Positions 47,260-56,901 of a stretch of 64,000 nt of DNA are shown piece by piece. The translations under genes were made by a program, and so were the position numbers. The notes below the pieces were generated by a model. It was not told where the DNA came from and searched no databases. It saw only the letters and a program-made list of their open reading frames with translations. Source of the DNA: an uncultured archaeon (GTDB lineage: Archaea; Nanohalarchaeota; Nanosalinia; Nanosalinales; Nanosalinaceae); contig CAYQYU010000001.1 of assembly GCA_964421955.1 (NCBI GenBank), positions 94,210-158,209 on the forward strand, read 5' to 3'. Numbering within the stretch: the stretch's first letter is position 1; the number at the start of each line of letters is the position of its first letter.

Positions 47260-47619
47260 TCACTGATCTTCTCCAAGATTGCTTAGTTCGTCCTGGAGGT
47301 TCTCCAGCTCGCTGTGTAGTTGGTCAACCGACTCGTCGATCTGTACTTCCTGGGAGGCTGTGGAGACGTCAACGGAAGCTGGAACTTCGGCACCTGCAAC
47401 CTCCGGCATCTCCATTTCAACATCCTCCAGCTTATCGTTCATCCTGTCAAGGTTCTCGTAGATAGTGTCGATCGTCTTCTCCTTGACCTCACGGACCTGT
47501 CTCAGGACCTCTGTCGCCTCGTTAATGTTCCGGGTTATCTGCCTGACTGCCTCCAGATCCTGTAGAAGTACCTTGTAGCCATCAACGCGAACGTAGAGTT
47601 GGTCTTCCTCCCTTGACAT
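47260..47619 (-). CDS. hypothetical coiled-coil protein
   Basis: Heptad-like helices; host-like codon usage. Confidence 0.7.
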   Translation of the reverse strand: MSREEDQLYVRVDGYKVLLQDLEAVRQITRNINEATEVLRQVREVKEKTIDTIYENLDRMNDKLEDVEMEMPEVAGAEVPASVDVSTASQEVQIDESVDQLHSELENLQDELSNLGEDQ

Positions 47620-47779
47620 AGGCAGTTAGAGTTTCTCTCTAGACGTTATTAAAAGTATTCAGTGGTGTTCGTTGTCATCATCTCCCTTCCGGGAATCAGC
47701 CACGAAGCTCTCATCATCTAGAAATAGATTCGAGGCCAACCTCAAAAAGCCTTTAGTAAATAGCAACGGGCCAAAAATA

Positions 47780-48271
47780 CTAAATTATATTCCTCTCCTC
47801 TGCCAACAGTTCTGCCGAATTCTTTTCAATTATCTGGCTTTCATCAAGGCCAAACTCCTTGATCACTTCGTTTAGAACCTCCATTGAAGAGGATTCTAGT
47901 TTCACATATTTTCCAAAAGAAAATGTCTCTATTAACACGGAAACATCGTTGCCCCTTATTTTCATCCGGTATTCGACTGCGGAAGAAGTAAATTCACCCC
48001 ATTTTTCATAGGTTTCAAGGCTCTCAACTTCCCGTTTTGTATCGGTATATCCCAATGGCTTTTGGATAATGTTTATCTTGACCAGAGTTTCTTTCTCTGG
48101 AAAGGTCCGTTTTCTAACGATAATATCTCGTGGACTGAAATCTGACAGCTCCTCTCCTTCGGGCTTATAGAACTGATCGCGTATTTCACCAAGTTCCTGC
48201 TTACCTTCAGCTTTTGACTCAATCTTCTTCTCCAACTTAGTTGAATAATTAACTCTTACGACAAAATCCAT
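47780..48271 (-). CDS. degenerate CYTH-like protein
   Basis: RDQFY, IIVRKR, FGKYVKLE, KEFGL...AELL layout resembles CYTH but lacks ExExK; AT-rich. Confidence 0.5.
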   Translation of the reverse strand: MDFVVRVNYSTKLEKKIESKAEGKQELGEIRDQFYKPEGEELSDFSPRDIIVRKRTFPEKETLVKINIIQKPLGYTDTKREVESLETYEKWGEFTSSAVEYRMKIRGNDVSVLIETFSFGKYVKLESSSMEVLNEVIKEFGLDESQIIEKNSAELLAEERNII

Positions 48272-48361
48272 TCTATCCTAAGAGCGATTTAATGGCCTAA
48301 AATTGAATTACTTTATGGAGAAGCATCTCCAAATAGATTCCCGAGCGGTTACGGCAGCTTT

Positions 48362-48871
48362 TTATTCCTGATAAACACCGTCATAGCCCTCGGTCTCGTC
48401 GATGTGGAAGAAGACTATCTGGTTGACTCTCGCGTTCTCTTTTATCTCTATACCCTCCTGGTTGTGGACCACCAGCATGAAGCTTCCAGTTCCTGTAAAA
48501 CCGGCGTCCCAGACCGCGTTTTCTATAGTAGCACCCATCCTGAGGAGCGAGGAACGCGGAAACGCAAATCCAGCCAGGTGCTCCGGAATATCTACTTTCT
48601 CGTTCATTATGACCTTGTAAGCACCCGGCTCCAGCCTCCACCAGCCGTAATCGTCATCAGGATCTTTTTTCTCCGGCTTTACAGGTGTTGAATCAGGGAT
48701 TTCGCGTTCCGAGTTCGAGAAGTCGAGTTTGCCTTTTCCGCTGTAACGGTGAATTTCGGCCGCAGTGAGGTCGAAGCCGTGCGGCTGTAGCTGCGTCTCA
48801 AGGTGCGGGTAGTCCTGTATCAAATTTTCATTCTCTATCTTCTCACGTAAATGTTCGCGGTTGAGAACCAT
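48362..48871 (-). CDS. dUTPase / dCTP deaminase family
   Basis: QPHGFDL, FPRSSLLRMG, VWDAGFTG, RVNQIVF, YDGVYQ. Confidence 0.9.
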   Translation of the reverse strand: MVLNREHLREKIENENLIQDYPHLETQLQPHGFDLTAAEIHRYSGKGKLDFSNSEREIPDSTPVKPEKKDPDDDYGWWRLEPGAYKVIMNEKVDIPEHLAGFAFPRSSLLRMGATIENAVWDAGFTGTGSFMLVVHNQEGIEIKENARVNQIVFFHIDETEGYDGVYQE

Positions 48872-48950
48872 AATGGAAAATTGGTCTATAAACGGATAAA
48901 AATCCGGTACACATTAGCATTTTATACTACCTCTCACAACTTCCCTCCGG

Positions 48951-51167
48951 GTGCTATTCTTGAAGAAAACAGCGCTTCTGTTCTCGATCTTGCTGGTTGC
49001 GGGCATGGCCTCCGCACATTCAGCACACGAAGACTCTCAACACGTTGAAACCGTTATAGTGGCATCAACCGCCAACTTTCCTGACGCACTAATATCCGGT
49101 GCTCCAGCCGACAAGCTGGACATACCTGTGCTGCTGACAGGCAGGGATCAGCTGAGTGATTCTACGAGACGGAGTATAGAGGAGCTTGGAGCGCAGGAAG
49201 TAGTTATAGTCGGCGGGCCAGCAGTAGTCTCTGACTCGGTTCAGCAAGAGATCGGATCAATGGTCAACGACACCACGCGACTCTGGGGAATGACACAGGT
49301 CGGCACCTCAGTAGAGGTTGCGGAGTACTTCTGGAGCGAGGGAAGTCAGGAGGCAACGATTGTACAGTACCCACAGAACGCGGAAAATGGTTACAGGCTT
49401 CTGCACGCTGTAAAAGGAGAGATCCAAAATGAAGATAAACCTCTACTGATATCTAAGTCCGGAACGCTCTCCAACACCATTCTAGCAGGAATAAAAGATC
49501 TGGGAGCTACCGACGTAGAGGTCTACTCCACCAACGCAGTAAATGTTACACAGGACCTCAGAGATGTAGGAGTTGAAAATGTCGAAGTCGAGGAGCCTGA
49601 AACTGGAGAAAACGAGATCCAGGAACTAGCGGAACAGGTTGAAACTGCGTCGGAGCAAGACACAGATACTGGAAACAGGTCTACCCTTGTACTTGTAGCA
49701 GCCGCCAACTTCGGCGACGTAATATCCTCTTCCTCATCGCCCGATTCAGCATCCTTCATCGTGGACAGTGAGGATGAGATCGACGAGGCAATTGAACGCG
49801 TAAGGAACAGCAAAGCAGAGACTATCAAAATTGTCGGAAAGCCGGAGCTGGCTAGAACCATAGCGGACAGAGTTGAATCCGAAACCAACAGAAGCGTTGA
49901 CCACGTCTCAGGACCTCCTGAAGAGGTTTCCTCACAGCTGACATCTGGACAGGGGAACTGGAAGCAAGCACAGAAAAAGAAGCTCCAGAGATGGCGTCAG
50001 GAAGTGAAAGATTCCAGCCACATCAGGGAGGCAGCAAACAGGAGCCTAAGGAAGGCAGAATCCATGATCAACTCCAATTCCTCGGAGGAAGCGCAGGAAA
50101 GCCTTGTAGACGCACAGGAAGCATTTGACAGCGAGGACTACTTCGATGCATACAGGGAGGCACAGAAAGCTGCCTCAATGGAGAAAGGGCAGAAATACCG
50201 GAGAATGTCGAGAGAAGATTTCCGGGACGAGGTAGAGAAAGAGAGACAGGACCTCAGAGATGCTACAAAAGAACTTGGGGAACTCGGCCAGGAACAGGCC
50301 CAGGAACTCAAGGAAGCAGAAACCGTAGAGGAACGACTTGAAATCATCCGTGAATACCGGGAAGAGAGGAGAGAACAGGTAAGAGAGCTCAGGGAGAAAG
50401 CCCGAGAAATGGGAGAGGAACGCCGAGAACAGAGAAGCGAAGTCGGAAACTCCGAGTTAAAGCTCCAGACAGAAGGAAAAGAGCTGAATGCGGAATTCGA
50501 ATATACCTCTCCAACTGCGGGATACACTGTAGACCGGGCTGTCAACCGAGACGGGGATAGAATAGAGTTCGTGTTCAGCCTATCCTCTCCACAGGGTCCG
50601 GCGGCACAGGTAGTGACAGACTACGAGGCAGAGAAAGAACTGAGGCTCGAAGACGGGAGCTACACCGCGTCGGTAATCCTGAAGGTTGACGGAAGAGAAG
50701 TCAACAGTCTAGAGAGACAGGTAGAAGTTCCAGGATTTGCGGAGTACAAGAACGAGATCGAGAACGAAGACGAAACGGAAAATGAAGAAGCACCAGAGAA
50801 CGAGACAGAAGATGAAGAAACTGAGGGGCCGGATTCAGAAGAAGGAGAACAGGGAGATACAACCCTGCCGACAGAACTGAAGCTAGAGTCCTCAGACAAC
50901 AGCTTCTATCATCAGGGCAAACCTGTAGAAGAGATAGAAGTCCCGGCAAACCAAGACGTAACACTGACCTTTCATGCCCGCGAAGAAGGAACTTACTCGG
51001 CCGGTACACAGTACTACAGTCCGGAAAGAGCCTTCGGCAACACAGACAAACTGGAACCAGGTGAAGAAACCACGGTAAGCTTCACAGCATCCAAAGACTT
51101 TACCATCAAGAGTTACTGGCCCGGGAAAGAGGTCTACAAGACCGAAGTAGAGGTTGATGTCGAGTAG
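48951..51167 (+). CDS. secreted multidomain surface protein with cell-wall-binding repeat 2-like N-terminus
   Basis: Signal peptide; NFPDAL..PVLLT..IVGGPAVVS; central coiled coil; beta-rich C-terminal domains. Confidence 0.75.
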   Translation: MLFLKKTALLFSILLVAGMASAHSAHEDSQHVETVIVASTANFPDALISGAPADKLDIPVLLTGRDQLSDSTRRSIEELGAQEVVIVGGPAVVSDSVQQEIGSMVNDTTRLWGMTQVGTSVEVAEYFWSEGSQEATIVQYPQNAENGYRLLHAVKGEIQNEDKPLLISKSGTLSNTILAGIKDLGATDVEVYSTNAVNVTQDLRDVGVENVEVEEPETGENEIQELAEQVETASEQDTDTGNRSTLVLVAAANFGDVISSSSSPDSASFIVDSEDEIDEAIERVRNSKAETIKIVGKPELARTIADRVESETNRSVDHVSGPPEEVSSQLTSGQGNWKQAQKKKLQRWRQEVKDSSHIREAANRSLRKAESMINSNSSEEAQESLVDAQEAFDSEDYFDAYREAQKAASMEKGQKYRRMSREDFRDEVEKERQDLRDATKELGELGQEQAQELKEAETVEERLEIIREYREERREQVRELREKAREMGEERREQRSEVGNSELKLQTEGKELNAEFEYTSPTAGYTVDRAVNRDGDRIEFVFSLSSPQGPAAQVVTDYEAEKELRLEDGSYTASVILKVDGREVNSLERQVEVPGFAEYKNEIENEDETENEEAPENETEDEETEGPDSEEGEQGDTTLPTELKLESSDNSFYHQGKPVEEIEVPANQDVTLTFHAREEGTYSAGTQYYSPERAFGNTDKLEPGEETTVSFTASKDFTIKSYWPGKEVYKTEVEVDVE

Positions 51168-51225
51168 GATCCGGAGCTCGAAGCTCATAAAAAAGTAGGC
51201 GCGGAAGGTTTTGGATGTGAATTAG

Positions 51226-52536
51226 ATGCTGGAGAGAAGCTATACACACGAAATAACTGATGAAGACGATGGTGAAACTGTTTCAGTGGCCGGGTGGGCC
51301 CACGAGATACGAGACCTCGGAGGACTTACGTTTGTAATTCTACGCGACAGAGAGGGCCAGGTCCAGATAACATTCAAGGAGGGAGAACACGAGGACCTGT
51401 TTGAGCAGGCGCAGGAAATCGGCAAGGAAGATGTCATCTGGGTCTCAGGCACTGTTGAGGCAAACGACCAGGCACCCGGCGATAGAGAGATCAAGCCAAC
51501 AGAACTCGAGATCATCGGTCACGCAGAGTCGCCGCTCCCCATGGAGATCGCAAAAGATATCGAATCCGACCTCGCGACAAGACTCGACAACCGGTTCATG
51601 GATCTCAGGAGGCCGGAGGTCCAGGCAATATTCTCTCTCAAGTCCCACATGGTCGAGGCCATGGAGGAGTGGTTCGAGGAGAACAGCTACGTCAAGATCC
51701 AGACCCCCCTGATTTCAAGGGAAGGTGCGGAAGGCGGAGCAGAACTGTTTCCAGTAATATACTACGACGATGAGGCCTTTCTCTCGCAGTCGCCACAGCT
51801 CTACAAGCAGATGCTGATGGCCGCCGGCTTCGACAAGGTCTATGAAACAGGTACCGCGTTCCGGGCGGAAGATTTTGCAACCTCCCGGCACGTCTCGGAA
51901 ATCTCGATGTTCGACGTCGAGCTGGCGTTTATCGAAGACCACCACGATGTCATAGATGTACAGGAGGAATCACTGAGACACACTATAAGAGAGGTGAAGA
52001 AGCGGGCCGCGACCGAGCTAGATATCCTCGGAATCGACATAGAGGTCCCGGAAGAAGAGTTCCCACGCATAACTTTCGAGGAAGCCAGGAATATCCTCAA
52101 AGAGGAGTTTGACCACGTTCCGGAGGATGATGACGATCTCGATACAAAGGGCGAGAAACTACTCGGAGAGTACTTCGAGGAGAAGGGCCATCCCGCATTC
52201 TTTGTAATCGGGTACCCTAACGAAAAGTTCTACTATATGCAGGACGTTCCTGGAGATGAAACTGACTCGAGAAAGTTCGACCTGATCTACAGGGGGCTCG
52301 AACTCTCCTCCGGAGGACAGAGGCAGCACGACTTTGAAACGTTAATGGACTACATCGAGGAACAGGGTGCGAATCCGGAGGACTTCTCATTCTACCTGGA
52401 GTCATTCAAGTTCGGAATGCCGCCACACGGCGGCTATGGGCTGGGAATCGACCGCCTGGTGAAGCAGATTGCAGGACTCTCGAACGTCCAGGAGGCTATA
52501 CTCTTCCCGAGAACACCAGACAGGCTGACACCGTAG
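51226..52536 (+). CDS. aspS: aspartate--tRNA ligase, probably non-discriminating
   Basis: [40 protein letters not shown]; His and Pro at the positions associated with ND enzymes. Confidence 0.95.
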   Translation: MLERSYTHEITDEDDGETVSVAGWAHEIRDLGGLTFVILRDREGQVQITFKEGEHEDLFEQAQEIGKEDVIWVSGTVEANDQAPGDREIKPTELEIIGHAESPLPMEIAKDIESDLATRLDNRFMDLRRPEVQAIFSLKSHMVEAMEEWFEENSYVKIQTPLISREGAEGGAELFPVIYYDDEAFLSQSPQLYKQMLMAAGFDKVYETGTAFRAEDFATSRHVSEISMFDVELAFIEDHHDVIDVQEESLRHTIREVKKRAATELDILGIDIEVPEEEFPRITFEEARNILKEEFDHVPEDDDDLDTKGEKLLGEYFEEKGHPAFFVIGYPNEKFYYMQDVPGDETDSRKFDLIYRGLELSSGGQRQHDFETLMDYIEEQGANPEDFSFYLESFKFGMPPHGGYGLGIDRLVKQIAGLSNVQEAILFPRTPDRLTP

Positions 52537-52568
52537 AGAATTTAACACAGGATCTCACAAGAAACCTC

Positions 52569-52877
52569 ATGGGGTTTATTGGCGATTTCACACAGTTCCT
52601 GGAGGAATACGGAGTCCTAGGACTGGCGATAGCATTTGTAATAGGAGTCGCGGTAAAAGATCTTGTAAGCTCTACAGTTGACTCTCTCATAATGCCTATA
52701 GTGAGTGTCTTCCTGCCAGAAGGAAGCTGGGAAAGCGCTATCTGGACTGTCGCGGACATCGAGTTCAGGATAGGAAACTTCCTGAGTGCGCTAATAGACT
52801 TCCTGATAATCGCTCTGCTGATCTTTGTCTTCGTGAGATACGTATTGAGAAAGGAAGAGGTCGGCAAAATAGGATAA
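52569..52877 (+). CDS. mscL: large-conductance mechanosensitive channel family protein
   Basis: F..FL..YGVLGLAIAFVIG, IMP, GNFLSALIDFLIIA. Confidence 0.9.
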   Translation: MGFIGDFTQFLEEYGVLGLAIAFVIGVAVKDLVSSTVDSLIMPIVSVFLPEGSWESAIWTVADIEFRIGNFLSALIDFLIIALLIFVFVRYVLRKEEVGKIG

Positions 52878-52980
52878 ATGTAATACAAAGATCTCGAATA
52901 ACGGCATATATTCTCTAATCGTATTACAGCTCTGGCTTTCCCGGGTATTTTTATTCTAAGTCGAGAAACCTTTTTCCACG

Positions 52981-55497
52981 ATGGCAGAGGCTGAAGCGGT
53001 CGAGAAGCAGGAATACGACACCCAGATCAACAAGATCACCTGCAAGGGATTCAAGTCGTTCCAGCAGAAGACCGCGGTACCGTTCTACAAGGGCCTAACA
53101 GCGATCGTGGGCGAAAACGGGAGCGGGAAAAGCAACATTATAGACGCGGCGAGCTTTGTCTTCGGTCGCCGCTCCTCGAAACTCCGGGCCGAAAAGCTAG
53201 AGCAGCTGATATTCAACGGCGGGGATTCAAGAAAGCCCGCGGATCACGCACGCGTCGACATCTACCTCAACAACTCTACAGGAATATTCGACGAGTTTCT
53301 CGATGAAGACGAGGAGGCAGACGAGGTGAAAGTTTCCCGGAAGGTGACGCGCGCAGGTTCATCGATCTACAAGTTCCAGGATTCAAACTGCAAGGCCGGG
53401 AAGATCGACCAGATCGCGAGAAAGGCGAACATCGATCCCGACGGCTACCACTTTGTGAGACAGGGAAAGGTGACCGAGATAGTCGAGCAGAGCGACAGGG
53501 AGAGGCGAAAGGTGATCGACGAGCTGAGTGGCGTGGCCGAGTTCGACGAGAAGAAGGATGAGGCGCTGGAAGAACTCGAAGAGGTTGAGCAGCGGCTACA
53601 GGAGCAGGAGATTCTGCTCGATGAGAAGAAAGAATACTTGCAGAAACTAAAGGAAGAGAAAGAGCTCGCACTGCAGTACCGTGAGCTAGAAGAACGCAAG
53701 GAGAAGCTCGAAGCCTCGGTTCTCGAGGTCAGAAAGCGGGCGCTATCAAACCAGCTCGCGAACATCAACACTGACGTTTCCGAGAAAGAGGACCGGATAG
53801 AAGAACTGGAGGAAGAGCTCGAGGAAATAGACGAGGAAATAGACGAGAAGCAGGACCGGATAGAAGAGATCGAGGAATCGATGGGAGGATCCGACATCGA
53901 GCACCTTGAGAACAAGATAGAGAAGAAGACAGGCCAGATCGAGAACAAGAGGGACAAGATAGAGGACCTTGAGGAAACAGTAGAAGAACTCGAAAAGATG
54001 AGTTCACGGAAATCCCGTGGATCAAAAGCAGTTAAGGCTGTCCTCAACCTCGACAACGACGATATACACGGCGCGTTTGAAGACCTGATTTCTGCGGAGG
54101 ACCGTTTCTCGGTTGCTATCGACACCGCGGCTGGCGGACACATGAACGATGTAGTGGTCCAGGATTCTGACACCGCGATGGACGCGATCAACTACCTGAA
54201 AAGAGAGAACATTGGACGCGCGAGAATGCTGCCGCTGGACAAGATCAAGGATAGGTCGAGAAGTGCGAAGTCAAAGATGGCGAAGAAGAGGAAAGGTGTT
54301 ATCGACTACGCCGCGGAACTTGTAAACTATGATCCACAGTACGAGATAGCCATCAACCATGTCTTCTCGGATACCCTGATCGCGGAGGACCTGGACTCTG
54401 TAAAGGATGTCGATGGTGTTCGCGTGGTGACTCTCGACGGCGATGTTATGAGCCGCGGCGGGGCAATGAGCGGAGGGAAAAAGAAGAGGAAGAAAAAGAA
54501 CAAGTCGCTATCCTCGAACCTCGACCCTCAGAAGAAGAAGGATGAAATAGAGGATCTCGAGGAAGAGATCGAGGAGTTACAGAAAGATATTGCCGAGCTG
54601 AAAAGGATGAAGGAGCGGAAGGAGGAAGACCAGGAGACGGACGAAGAGTTAAGGCAGGAGAAGAAACAGCTGCGGGATGATCTAAAGGAGCTGAGAGACG
54701 AGAGGCAGGAGAAATACTCTGAAAAGGAAAAACTGAAGACCAAGATAGAGGGCACGGGCTCGAAAAAGGCGAACATGAAAGCGGAACTCGACAATGTGAA
54801 AGACGACCTCGAGGGCTACGACTACCAGGAGGACGATCTCGTGGGCCTCGACTCCTCACCTGAGGAGCTGAAGAACAAGAAGAAAAAGGTGGTCAGAAAG
54901 ATGAACAGTTTACAGCCGGTGAACATGCGGGCGATCGACGAGTACAAGCAGAAAAAGGAGGAGTACGAGGAGTTCAAGGAGCAGGTATCCGAGATCAGGC
55001 AGGAGAAGCTCGAGATCGAGGACATGATAGAAGAAATTGAACGTGAAAAACGTCAATGCTTCATGGAGACACTGGAGAAGATACAGGGCTCTTTCACGGA
55101 CATATTCGAGCGACTGTTCGGCGGAGGCAACGGCAAACTGGAGCTGGAGGACGACGATATAGAGGCCGGGTTAAAGATCAGGGCCCAGCCGCCAGGCAAG
55201 GAGCCGCATATCATCCAGGCGCTCTCCGGCGGCGAGAAAACTCTCACGGCGATCGCTTTTGTATTCTCAATCCTGGAGTACGAGGAGTCGCCTTTCTACC
55301 TGATGGACGAGATCGATGCGGCGCTCGACAAGACCAACTCGAAGAAACTGAGCGAGTTACTCAAGGACTACGCGGAGGACAACCAGTTCATCGTTATCAG
55401 CCACAACGACATCACCGTGAGACACGCGGAGCGCGCATACGGGGTTTCCATGAGAGACGGCGTCTCAAAGGTCAGGAGTATTGAGCTGGAAGAATAA
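52981..55497 (+). CDS. smc: SMC condensin ATPase, short-armed (838 aa)
   Basis: GFKSF, GENGSGKSN, hinge GDVMSRGGAMSGG, PVNMRA, LSGGEK, DEIDAALD. Confidence 0.95.
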   Translation: MAEAEAVEKQEYDTQINKITCKGFKSFQQKTAVPFYKGLTAIVGENGSGKSNIIDAASFVFGRRSSKLRAEKLEQLIFNGGDSRKPADHARVDIYLNNSTGIFDEFLDEDEEADEVKVSRKVTRAGSSIYKFQDSNCKAGKIDQIARKANIDPDGYHFVRQGKVTEIVEQSDRERRKVIDELSGVAEFDEKKDEALEELEEVEQRLQEQEILLDEKKEYLQKLKEEKELALQYRELEERKEKLEASVLEVRKRALSNQLANINTDVSEKEDRIEELEEELEEIDEEIDEKQDRIEEIEESMGGSDIEHLENKIEKKTGQIENKRDKIEDLEETVEELEKMSSRKSRGSKAVKAVLNLDNDDIHGAFEDLISAEDRFSVAIDTAAGGHMNDVVVQDSDTAMDAINYLKRENIGRARMLPLDKIKDRSRSAKSKMAKKRKGVIDYAAELVNYDPQYEIAINHVFSDTLIAEDLDSVKDVDGVRVVTLDGDVMSRGGAMSGGKKKRKKKNKSLSSNLDPQKKKDEIEDLEEEIEELQKDIAELKRMKERKEEDQETDEELRQEKKQLRDDLKELRDERQEKYSEKEKLKTKIEGTGSKKANMKAELDNVKDDLEGYDYQEDDLVGLDSSPEELKNKKKKVVRKMNSLQPVNMRAIDEYKQKKEEYEEFKEQVSEIRQEKLEIEDMIEEIEREKRQCFMETLEKIQGSFTDIFERLFGGGNGKLELEDDDIEAGLKIRAQPPGKEPHIIQALSGGEKTLTAIAFVFSILEYEESPFYLMDEIDAALDKTNSKKLSELLKDYAEDNQFIVISHNDITVRHAERAYGVSMRDGVSKVRSIELEE

Positions 55498-55582
55498 ACT
55501 AGCCCCCCGGCAACACCCAACGGTTAAATACCCGGATGTCCAACTGTGAAACGCAGGGGGAAGGGCTGACGAGGCCCAAATA

Positions 55583-56290
55583 ATGGATCACGACGTTGAA
55601 ATTCTGGCAGAACAGCCCTGGGAAGAGACCCTGGAGCTTCTCACAAGGGATATGAACCCCAAGAGCATCGACATTGCAGTTCTTGCGAACCGTTACAGGG
55701 AATACATCGGCGAGCTGCAGGAGCTAGATCTCTCGGTATCCGCCCGCGCAATAAGGATATGCGCCGCACTTCTCAACATGAAGGCCATGGCGCTCGACGG
55801 CGAGGAAAAGGAGCAGGAGCCGGAAAATCCCATGGACTTTGACGAGGATCTTGATGCGGTATTCGAGGAAGATATGGGCGGCGATCAACCCGATCTCAAG
55901 ACAGGGCCTGAACTCGAGATGCCGGTGAAGCCGAGGCCGAGACGCAGAATGGAAATTAACGAGCTAAAGACTGCGCTTGAAGATGCTATAGAGGTCAAAC
56001 AGAAAAGAGAAGAGAGGCAGGAGCGAAGGGAGGAGATCGACCAGCAGTTCCAGATGGAGGAGGAAAGCCTGAACGACCGCATAAACTCTCTTTTCTCCCG
56101 GGTCAAGAGCATGGTCTCGACCAGCGAAAAAGTGGAGTTCTCGAACCTCCTGGAGGAAAATACAAACGAGGAGAAGATCGAGAAATTCATGCACGTCCTC
56201 CACCTCGAAAACGACAAAAGGGTTCGTTGCATCCAGGAAGAGTTTCTGGGTGATCTACACGTCAAGCCCGAAGACGAGGTCGCGAACTAG
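55583..56290 (+). CDS. scpA: kleisin ScpA
   Basis: MNP..IDI..LA..Y, AALLNMKA, C-terminal F..VLHL..QEEFLGD; follows smc. Confidence 0.88.
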   Translation: MDHDVEILAEQPWEETLELLTRDMNPKSIDIAVLANRYREYIGELQELDLSVSARAIRICAALLNMKAMALDGEEKEQEPENPMDFDEDLDAVFEEDMGGDQPDLKTGPELEMPVKPRPRRRMEINELKTALEDAIEVKQKREERQERREEIDQQFQMEEESLNDRINSLFSRVKSMVSTSEKVEFSNLLEENTNEEKIEKFMHVLHLENDKRVRCIQEEFLGDLHVKPEDEVAN

Positions 56291-56325
56291 AAGAGTTTTT
56301 CAATAACCAGTTGCCAGTTTCTAAC

Positions 56326-56862
56326 ATGGAGGAAAAGAAATCCCGGCTCGAGGCCGCACTGTTTCTCGCCGACAAGCCGATTGACAATGAAGAGATCGCG
56401 GACATTCTGGACCTTGGATCAATTGGATACGTCGAGATGCTTATAGAAGAGTTCCAGGAAGACCTTGATGAAGAACACCGCGGGCTCGAACTCGTGAAGA
56501 CTCCCGAGGGCTACGAGTTGAAGGTGAAGAAGGATCACCTGGAGCATGTCTCACACCTCGCGCCACACCAGGACCTCAACGAGGGCCAGCTCCGCACCCT
56601 GAGTTTAATCGCGTACAACTCGCCCGTGGAGCAGACCGACATCGTAGATATCAGAGGAAACAGGGCGTACCAGCACGTGAAGGAGCTGGTGTCCCGCGGA
56701 TTCGTCTCGAAGGAGAAGGACGGCAGGACCGCAATCCTCGATGTCACGGACCACTTCCTGGACTATTTTGACCTTGAAGATATCGACGAGTTCAAGCGAC
56801 AGTTCGAGAATGAACAGAAAGGAAGGGAAGGAGAACAGCAGGGAATAGAAATGTACGAGTGA
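56326..56862 (+). CDS. scpB: kite subunit ScpB
   Basis: LEAALF, LRTLSLIAY..PV.Q, IRG, T..FLDYF.L. Confidence 0.93.
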   Translation: MEEKKSRLEAALFLADKPIDNEEIADILDLGSIGYVEMLIEEFQEDLDEEHRGLELVKTPEGYELKVKKDHLEHVSHLAPHQDLNEGQLRTLSLIAYNSPVEQTDIVDIRGNRAYQHVKELVSRGFVSKEKDGRTAILDVTDHFLDYFDLEDIDEFKRQFENEQKGREGEQQGIEMYE

Positions 56863-56901
56863 AGCCCGCTATTTTTAGTTTTTCCCCTCTAAACCAGCTA
56901 C

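Noticed and set aside
47660-47745. Small hairpins (TCCC-TTCC-GGGA, ATCTA-GAAA-TAGAT, GAGG-CCAA-CCTC) in a spacer
   Set aside because: Stems of only 4-5 bp with no duplication; too weak to assign to the hairpin family.
55530-55605. Hammerhead-like words (GTC, GAAAC, CTGACGAG) between smc and scpA
   Set aside because: Their order and spacing do not allow stems I-III to form.
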